Shown in pieces: positions 48,132-64,000 of a stretch of 64,000 nt of DNA (the first letter of the stretch is position 1; each line of letters opens with the position of its first letter). Source of the stretch: the human T2T-CHM13v2.0 reference genome, Homo sapiens; assembly GCF_009914755.1 (NCBI RefSeq), contig NC_060943.1. One strand, given 5' to 3'. The notes under the pieces are model-generated. The model ran no database searches. It saw nothing but the letters and a program-made list of their open reading frames with translations, and was not told where the DNA came from. Position numbers and translations under genes: made by a program.

Positions 48132-48803
48132 TACCCCCACCAAAATTATTTTAACTCCTTTTGGTCTTATGTATTTTTATCAAATTAAAGAGCCATCACA
48201 GGTTATAAATCACAGCTCATTGGAATTTTGCAAACAAACATAGCTCTTTATGTAATACATAGATACAAAAACAGAACACTGTTCTGTTCACAAGAGTTCA
48301 CAAGAAGCTCCTTCTTTGCACTCTAAGTCACTACCTACAACAGTATAATTCTGTTGTTTCTATTTGCAGGAGTGGAACTCTTGAGATTTTGGTTTACATC
48401 TCTTCCAGTATTTAAAGGATTAAATTATTTTGGCCTGTTTGCTACTTTATATAAATGGAATCAACATGAATTCTTTTATATTTAGCTTTTATATCTATTC
48501 CATTAGAATTTTTGTGTGTGACCATACCTTAATTATTGCATTCTATTAATGGTACTCATTAGCATTGCTTCCTATGATTCCATTGTATGAATAATCAGAT
48601 GATCGAGTCATACTATTTTTTTGTTTGTTTTTTACTTTTGTTTGTTTGTTTTTGAGATAGAGTCTTGCTCTTGTCACCCATGCTGAAGGGCAATGGCGTG
48701 ATCTCGGCTCACTGCAACCTCCGCCTCCCGGGTTCAAGTGATTCTCCTGCCTCAGCCTCCTGAGTAGCTGGGATTACAGGCACCCGCCACAACACCCAGC
48801 TAA

Positions 48804-48992
<189 letters not shown>

Positions 48993-49187
48993 TGAGCAAT
49001 GAATAGTCCTACCTATATAAACTATGTAACTTATCTTTTGTTGATATATATATGAATTTGTGATGGATAAATTCATAGAAGTGAAATTATTGAAGCATAA
49101 ATTGACATCTGGTAGGCTTATGTAGCTGCTACCAAACAGTTTTCCAAAATGTTTGTATCCATTTCAGCACCCACCAGCAGCGCATGA

Positions 49188-49509
<322 letters not shown>

Positions 49510-49599
49510 TGAGCCACAGTGCCCTGCCTAATTTTTTGAATTAGCTGAAATTTTCTTTTGGCCAATATTAAGGTCACTGGTGAATATTCTATGCATGCC

Positions 49600-50190
49600 T
49601 TATAGGGATAAATACGAAATAAAAATGAGAGCCTGCATTCCTCCTTTGAAAATATGGCAAGGCATTTCTCTTCCTCCTCTTTTTGTCAGAATATTTACCT
49701 TAGAAAACTTGTGAGTACTTTCTCCCGAAATGTTTATTTTTAGAAACTAAATAAACCTTTTGTCAGCATAATGACCTAGGGATATCTTTCTCAAGGACTT
49801 GGGAGACATCTCTTTCAAATGTCAACATCACTAGAGATAGCACCTGTATCTCTCTGTTTCTGTGGGTTGGTAGGAGCCTATCTACAGTGGGTACCTGGCT
49901 CCATTTTGTAAAACTACCACCTGTTGTAAACATATAAGTTAGGGTTTTCCCCCCTGCTTCTGAATAAAGCTAATTGGCTAACATAGATGGTCTCCCCAAT
50001 TACCATGTAAGGTCAGGATGAACAATGTATAAGCAATAGCACAATCAAGTTTTTGAGGCTAATCAGTGCTTATCTCAAAAACCAGTCTATAATGGGTTGT
50101 ATAGAAATTATTCTTTTTCCTATCTCCTAACGGATTGCCTCTATTGCGTATGATATTCCTGTTAAATGTTTATTCATCAATAAAATTGTT
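49600..50190 (+). mobile_element. MER34-like ERV1 LTR
   Basis: ttctcaaggacttgggagacatctctttcaaatgtcaacatc and gctaattggctaacatagatgg motifs. Confidence 0.65.
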
Positions 50191-50360
50191 GGCCAGGTGC
50201 AGTGGCTCACACCTGTAATCCCACTTTGGGAGGCCGAGGTAGGAGGATCACTTGAGGTCAGGAGTTTGGGACCAGCCTGGTCAACATGGTGAAACCCTAT
50301 CTCTGCTAAAAATACAAAAACTTAGCTGAGTGTGGTGGCACGCGCCTGTAATCCCAGCTA

Positions 50361-50516
<156 letters not shown>

Positions 50517-50872
50517 TTAGAAGCAACAAACTCCCCATATACATAATGGGTTTATAACTTTAAGCTATAATCAGCTTATCCTCTACTTTTTAGTTTCATG
50601 AAAAGCTCTGCAATCAACTCATTTCTTTGCTTCAGATCATAAAAGTCAATGCTAAAAGTTGTTTCGTGGCAACATAGCTATTTAGCAATATTGTGTAATA
50701 TAGACATCTATCTTGTACAGATCCCAAAATCTATCCCAGATACTGCATCTTCAAAAAATAATGCTGACCTAGGCCACCATGGAGTGTGCCTGGAGTCCTA
50801 GCTACTTAAGTGGCTGAGGCAAGAGGATGTCTTGAGCCCAGGAGTACATATGCAGCCTGGAAAACACAGTTA

Positions 50873-51274
<402 letters not shown>

Positions 51275-51390
51275 TCATTTTAACCTGCTAATATTTTAAA
51301 TATGTTCATTATCATATCTAAACATGATCATACTTCAAGATGGATGAAGGGATCCAAAAATAGGGATATAAGGCCGGGTGCGGTGGCTCA

Positions 51391-51700
<310 letters not shown>

Positions 51701-52127
51701 TTATTAGTACCTGTTAATTCAAAAATATTGCCATAAAATTATTGCCGGCAGACGTAAGGCTATTTAAAATTTGATAATCTAGTTTTACTTCTATCAGGGT
51801 TCTATAAAAGAATAATCGGCCTACCAAATACACTTAGAATTACTGCAGAGTTATTCTTTAGATCAATAAATACAATTGTCTTCTGAAGACTATTTTAAGG
51901 GCTTTGTTATCTACAGGGGCCAGTACATTGAAGAAGAGAAAACAAACAAGATTTAAGAGATTATAATTTTTAAAATAAAAAGTATGTTTACTTATTACTT
52001 TCAGAATGCACCTAAAGTGAATCTGAAATTACAGTATTTTTAGAAAATATTGACCTAAGCCTCAGCCTCCCAAGTAGCTGGGATTATAGGCGTGTGCCAT
52101 CACGCCCGGCTAATTTTTGTATTTTTA

Positions 52128-52247
<120 letters not shown>

Positions 52248-52599
52248 CTATTGCTTTTTTAAAAGCAATAGCTGGTGACCTGACTTCTCACCGGCCTTAG
52301 CACTCCACGCCCCAGATGTGGCCCAGGAAACTCTTTGGAACTCTCTACTCCAGAGTGAATGGGGAATAGAAATGGAGAGGATTTCTATGCTATTCTGTGG
52401 GGCGTCAGCGTGAAATTACACATTCTGCACAGGTTGAGTTTGCATATTGTATTTTAGTTTGCATTCCTTTCACAGACAATTTAAGGGATTTTCAATTAAA
52501 TTTCTAAATTTTAATTGAATTCCTTAATTTTAATTGTGGGAACTTTCCTGGATCCAAACAACAGACGTTGACCCTCCTAGTGAGATCCCAGGTCACAAA

Positions 52600-53350
52600 C
52601 CGTGGAGCGGCTCCAGCCTGACTGGCAAGTGTGGCTTGCAAAACGCGGAAAACCGAGACACGCCCAGAGATAGGAGGAGGGAAGTGCAGGCCCCGTCCAA
52701 TAAGCATTCAGGCCCCGCCCGCCACGTCGCTGGCCACGCCCCGGCCCGGCCTCTCCGTTCGCGCGCAGCCGCCTGCAGACCCGGAAGTGGATGGCGTGGA
52801 GATATGGCGCAACTGCGGCGCGTGAGTTTTCCTTTGTTTAGATTAAGTGTTCGCTTAGCGGTGCCCTCACGCTTCTGTACCCGGGATGTGGGGGGCGGTA
52901 CAGACCTTGAAATCCCCGCACCGCTCTCTCCACCCCGAGTAAATTCATGTGTCCCGTCAGAGTGTTAAAATCGCCCTAGGGCTGGTTCTGTCTCCGGTCG
53001 TTCTGCCGTAGGGCCGCGTAGGCAGCTGCTTTCGCGCCGTTTTCCTGCTTAAAACCCTTCAGTGACCCCTCCGCCAGCCCCGCGCCACGTAAAGTCCCCG
53101 CCTGCGAGGCGGATCCACGCCCTCCGGGTCCCAAGCCTCGTCCTTGTCGGCCCCTGGGGCGCAGCGCCGCAGCCGCCATTCGGGAGGGGCCGCGTCCTCT
53201 GCCTGGTCTGGGGATTCTGCAGACCCCACCCCTGATCTGCCTGCCGCCGTAGTCCTCCTTGGGCCGTTCCCTTCTGTCCCCAGGCCTTTTCGCAGTCACG
53301 GCTTCTCCGGATCCTGTGTTGGGGGAGGTGGCCGGGACCTATCTCAGGGC
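52600..53350 (+). promoter_or_regulatory. ZNF766: CpG-island promoter of ZNF766
   Basis: High CpG density; CCAAT 52697-52701; GC boxes 52711-52720 and 52733-52741; ETS CCGGAAGTG 52781-52789; YY1-like ATGGCG at 52791 and 52804; kB-like GGGAACTTTCC just upstream at 52538-52548. Confidence 0.9.
52804..52821 (+). CDS. ZNF766: ZNF766 exon 1 coding part, MAQLRR (KRAB and finger exons lie beyond the window)
   Basis: gatATGG Kozak; phase-0 gtgagt donor at 52822; peptide matches my recollection of the ZNF766 N-terminus; position downstream of PPP2R1A. Confidence 0.88.
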
Positions 53351-53399
53351 ACCCAGTGTTCTTCCGTCCCAAATTCCTCCCATTGGAAACTGTGCTCTT

Positions 53400-54030
53400 G
53401 AGGAGGTGGGTATTTTATTCCAGTCCCCTCCCTGTGAATGTGAAGTGAAAGAGAGATGGAGAGCGAGGTAGAGGAAACAGAAAAATTTAGAGAGAAAATA
53501 ATGAGGAAGATCCATAACAAGACGGCAACGCAGAGGGAGGGTGAGAGATTTGCAAAGTGAAAGAAGCACCCCAGGAAGTAGCAGGGAGAGAAAAGCAACT
53601 CGAGAAATGTAGAGAAAAGTTCTATTTCTAGACAGATGAAGGACAGCAAGGTAGGGAGAGGGGCAGCAAAGCGGGAGGCTCCTCAGACAAAGTTGGGGAG
53701 AGGAGGAGGGATTTGGAGCCAGGGCAGACCGAGCAGCGTGGTGCTGGCACAGCAAGAGGGGGCAGCCGGTGACAAGGAGGGCAAAGGGAGAACCACCCCA
53801 GAGATCTGGGGTTGCCAGACAGTAGGGACAAGGGGGCGTGACAGAGAAGAGGGAATTTAACAGGAGGAGCACAGATGGGAGAAGAAAGAGGCAGAAATAT
53901 ATGGAGATTGGAGACAATCAAAAGATTGGAGAGAAAGAGCAACAAGAGGAAAAAAATTGCAAGATGGAGCAGATGAAGTGGAAAAGAAGGAATAGAGGGA
54001 AGAAGGGGAGAAACTGCGGGAGAGGAGAGG
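53400..54030 (+). repeat. Purine-rich (GA) low-complexity tract in ZNF766 intron 1
   Basis: Strong A/G strand bias. Confidence 0.8.
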
Positions 54031-54282
54031 GGCTCAAAATCTCGGCTCACTGCAACCTTAGCCTCCTGAGTTCAAGCGATTCTCCTGCCTCAGCCACCCG
54101 AGTAGCTGGGATTACAGGCGCCCGCCAGCTCGCCTGGCCAATTTTGTATTTTTAGTAGAGACAGGGTTTCACCGTGTTGGCCTGACGGGTCGTGAACTCC
54201 TGAGACCTCAGGTGATCTGCCCACCTCGGCCTCCCATAGTGCTGGGATAACAGGCTTGAGCCACCTTGCCCGGCCTCCTCAC

Positions 54283-54575
54283 ATTTTATTAATTTGCTGG
54301 AATGGTTCCCAGAACTCAGAGAAAATTTTACTTAGGTTTACTATCAGTTATAAAGGTTATTACAAAGGATACAGGTGGAAGAGCCATCCTAGCAAATCAA
54401 AATAGAGGAGTGTGTTTTGGAAACCGTTAATTTTATCCATATCTGAGGTGAGGGGCAGTCTTGTGGGACTGAGTCCTTAACTGGGATCTGATTCTATCTC
54501 CAGGTAGATACTATCAAAATTGAGTTAAATTGTGGGTCATCCAGCTGGGAGTGTGCCAGAGAACTGGTCAGTATG
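54283..54575. mobile_element. MER21-type LTR fragments
   Basis: taatttgctggaatggttcccagaactcagagaaa and ggcagtcttgtgggactgag motifs. Confidence 0.65.
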
Positions 54576-55640
54576 CGGAAAAACACGTGCACATTTCCAT
54601 CTCAACCAGTAAAGGGAAGAGATCTCCAACCGGCCCACCCACCTGTCTCAGGGCCTGTGATCTCTACTCAGTAGTAACTGGGAATGGTCTGTCCCTCCCC
54701 CTGGCTGTTGCTGACCCTGCGATTGTGCACCAGGTGCCAGCCCTACTCACAGTCTCAGGACAGTGTGACATCCTTCCTCTGGCATCACCAATATTTACTT
54801 CAAGGGATTACTTTGGTTAGTGCACCCACATGGAGGTATTGTCCATTAAAACACACACAGACACACTGGCTGGGTGCGATGGCTCACGCCTGTAATCCCA
54901 GCACTTTGGGAGGCCAAGGCGGGTGGATCACTTATGGCCAGGAGTTCCAGACCAGCCTGGCCAGCACGGTGAAACCCCATGTCTACTAAAAATACAAAAA
55001 TTAGCTGGGTGTGGTGACACGTACCTGTATTCCCAGTTACTCCGGAGGCTGAGGCAGGAGAATCACTTGAACCCAGGAGGTGGAGGTTGCAGTGAGCCGA
55101 GATGGGGGTTGTAGTGAGCTGAGATCATGCCACCGCACTCCAGCCTGGGTGACAAGAGTGAGACTCTGTCTCAAAAAAAAAAAAAAAAAGCACAGATGAA
55201 GCCTTCATTTTCTTGCCACTCCTCCATGATTAAAACAAAAAATATTCTATTAATTACATCTCTCCCTGTAGTGAGTACCCCTCTTCAACGCTCCATTTGA
55301 GAACACAGTACACTAAAATCTTGTTTATATTTCTGTCTTCAGTCTTGCCTCCAGTTCTTGATTTACCCCCTTCCAATTAAGCTTTCACCTCCACCATTCC
55401 TTTGATCCTTTTTTCCCAGAGGTACCAGTGATCTCTGTGTTTCGAAGTCCAATTTTGAATTTCCTATCCTCATCTTTTCGTCTTAGCAACATGTTGCACA
55501 GCTGATCATTCCCTGTTCTTTTTTCTTAGCTTTGAAGACATCTCTAAGTTTAATTACTTTGTTTCAGATTTTTGTGTTACCAGTTTCCTCTGCTGGTGTC
55601 TCCTGAAGCTGTCTTCTCTGAATGTGGGAGTGTCCCATGA

Positions 55641-55814
<174 letters not shown>

Positions 55815-56151
55815 TGAGTAATTTTTTTATTTTTTAGTACAGACTGGGTTTCCCTATGTTGAATAGGCTTGGATCTCAAAACTCTTCTCATCTCTTTTCA
55901 CACACACTACCCTTCCTTATCATCTCATCTCATGGCTTTGAACCCCATCTACCTGTCTCCATGTGCCCTGCAGACCTCTGCCCTGAGGTCTAGAAACCTG
56001 TGTTCAGTTGTCCCCTCACTTCTCTGCTGGGACATCTAACAGGCATCTCCACCTTCGTATGTGCCACTTTCTGAACTCCCCCAAATGCATTCCCCTGCAG
56101 TCCTGCACATCTCAGATGAGGGTGACCCTGTACTTCCTGGGGCTTAGCTGA

Positions 56152-56475
<324 letters not shown>

Positions 56476-57148
56476 TGAGCCACCATGCCCAGCCTATAAG
56501 TACATTAATTTATAACATAAATAATTACATAGTTACTAAAACAGATGAGGAAATTTGTTGTTTCTGAAATTCTTTGGAGGTATGGGAGAGAAATGTTGGT
56601 GGCCTCATCCCTGTGTGATCTGCATCCCAGGACCTCTCTGAGCTCATCTCCTCCCTGTGTCCCCCTCGTTCCCTCTGCCGCAGCCACACAGACCTCTTTC
56701 CTGGGGCCAGGGTTGCTCCTGCCTCAGGGCTTCCACCTGGGCTGTCCCTCTGCCTGGACATCTCTAGCCTGTCAGCTGCAGGTGCAAACACCTTTTCTTC
56801 CCCAGGTCTTTGTTCTGATATTACCTTCTTCATGGAGGGTTCTGTGTTCCTCTCCACCCTACATTTAACACTCCAGCTACACCCTTACCCCTACTGTGGT
56901 CCACATTGCCTGCTCTGGATGTTTCTTTCTGCTCTTTTGCTGTCCACTACGTAAATCCTGGTAACAAGACCCAAGGGTAGAGCAGAGCCAGAAGGTGGGG
57001 GTGTGCTGGGCTTGCCCCGTCTGAGTGGAGCTCACCCCTGTTTTCACATTGGAGTGCAGATACACATCTTGTGCCCCCAGCCTCTTACCTGAGATTCCCA
57101 TTCACATACTCAGGTTGGGCCCAGCCTTAATATTTGAAGTTGATTCTA

Positions 57149-59943
<2,795 letters not shown>

Positions 59944-60190
59944 TATTCTGTATCCAGCATTGAGCACCGAAGCCGTGTTCTCATTTCTGAAGGCTGAGTT
60001 CAGCCTCTGATTCACAAAGAGGTGAGGGGGTGCTGTGCTCTGCATGGGGTTTGGTCAGAGCCAGGTCTGTGCCCTGAAGGGGAGCTTAGTCCAGCCCAGC
60101 TCCCCACTGCTGCAGTGTGTGTGTGGGCTTCTCCAGGAGGGGAGCGGGTTCTGAAGAAAGGGGCCAAAAGCTCACTTGTTCTTCCTGTAG

Positions 60191-60252
60191 GAGTTTATTG
60201 TCCCGGCATCAACTCTGATGCAGTGGGCAGCAGAGGACCGTATTTCCACAGG
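60191..60252 (+). other. Candidate 62-nt cassette exon in ZNF766 intron 1
   Basis: ctcac..ttcttcctgtag acceptor and cagg|gtgagg donor; use unproven. Confidence 0.35.
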
Positions 60253-60362
60253 GTGAGGTCTTCCCTGCGTGTGTGGTTGTGGCACAGGAAGAAAGTATGT
60301 TGATTCTAAACCCTAAACAGCATATTTTTGACATTCAGGATTGACTTCTAAAGAGTCATGTT

Positions 60363-60726
<364 letters not shown>

Positions 60727-61102
60727 GTAAAGTGATATTCTCAGTAGATTGTTCTGTTTCTTATTTCTTCCTGAAATGCCGGGTGCTGGAGTTGAGAATC
60801 TTCTCTGAGTCTGAAGCATCCTGCCTGACAGGTTTGCTCACACTCACCCATGCCTTCCTTCAGTCCCTCTCATCTCGCTTAGATTCCATCTCTTGTGACC
60901 CAGTGACATGAACTTGGGAAGAGGCTGCACTGGGCGTGGTCCTGGGAAGGGCTCACACCCAGACGTGGGTGGAGACGGGGTGAGGGCCCCGTGGTGTCAG
61001 TGCTGTTGGGCAGCAGGGATTGTTCAGGGGCCACATCTGGATGCTCTGTCAGCTCTCTGTGGACCAGGATTAGAGAAGCTGCCCACAGAAATCACCTATT
61101 AA

Positions 61103-61330
<228 letters not shown>

Positions 61331-61424
61331 TGAATTTTTGGTAGAGATGGGGTTTCACCATCTCCACCCACCTCAGCCTCCCAAAGTGTTGGGATTACAG
61401 GCGTGAGCCATCACGCCGGGCCTT

Positions 61425-62750
<1,326 letters not shown>

Positions 62751-62965
62751 ATAAATTTTAATGGACAAAGCAATGGGTTAGTGCAGTAGTATAAGCCTAT
62801 AATTTGAGCTTCTTGGGAGGCTGAGATGGTAGGATCTCTTGAGTTTGAGACCACCCTGGGCAACATAGTAAGACCTCACATAAATTTTAAAACATATTAT
62901 ATTTATATATTTGAAAATAGGTATTTGTGACTGGAGTTCAAGTTTCTATGTTTTTTTTTTCATGA

Positions 62966-63142
<177 letters not shown>

Positions 63143-63725
63143 TAGCTAATTTTTGCATTTTTAGCAGAGACGGGGTTTCACCATGTTGGCCAGGCTGGTC
63201 TCGAACTCCTCACCTCAGGTGATCCGCCCGCCTCAGCCTCCCAAAGTGTTGGGATTACAGGCGTGAGCCACCGCTCCCAGCTGGTCTACTTTTTTTAAAT
63301 AGCTTAATATACAATAATGTTTATAAACTAAACTGAGTACTATTTATACATTTTTATTGTTGCAAAGATGCTGAAATACACATTAGCAAAAATAATAATG
63401 ACTGCCAGGCAGTATGTGCACCGTTAGCCCCAGTTTCTTGGGAGGCTGAGGAGGGAGGATCATTTGAGATCAGGAGTTCAAGGCTGTACTGTGCTATGAT
63501 TACTCACTGTACCCCAACCTGGACAACATAGCAAGACCCAGTCTCTAAGAATTTTTTTTAAAAAAGATGACAAATACCATCTAAAAAATAGGTCATTGAG
63601 AGACAACTCCTTATTTCATCTGATGTGTAAATTGTATATGTGTATTACTTTATAAACTAAGTGTGTGTAAGTGTATACATGTGATGTGTTTGCATGAGTG
63701 CATGGATAAGCAAGCCTATAGTTAA

Positions 63726-64000
<275 letters not shown>

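Noticed and set aside
53339-54155. 100-190 aa ORFs on both strands in ZNF766 intron 1
   Set aside because: Arise from stop-poor purine/pyrimidine-biased low-complexity sequence; the same applies to 38670-39284

Overview
Human/primate genomic DNA, recognisable as chr19q13.41 between PPP2R1A and the KRAB-ZNF cluster. It holds the last six coding exons and 3'UTR of PPP2R1A (+, 2886-~12700) and a ~40 kb repeat-rich intergenic region. It ends with the CpG-island promoter, exon 1 and most of intron 1 of ZNF766 (+, from ~52770). The main structure the ORF track misses is an old inverted duplication, with arms at ~24270-33000 and ~38170-48540 and an all-repeat ~5 kb spacer. Each arm carries a VN1R2/VN1R4-like vomeronasal receptor pseudogene, divergently oriented. 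The two copies share frameshifts and a 3' truncation, and a non-coding patch is far more identical between arms (120/122) than its flanks. In ZNF766 an AluY has landed at the start codon of the ancestral family 'MLxEE..SGM.L.Q' exon, while exon 1 supplies its own ATG. Also present: an hY1 retrocopy, an HML-6 (LTR3) solo LTR whose empty site survives in the other arm, and a four-level nested transposon. I see no evidence of a wholly new biological system; the best leads are evolutionary and regulatory. Repeat boundaries are approximate and subfamily names come from recalled consensus sequences.
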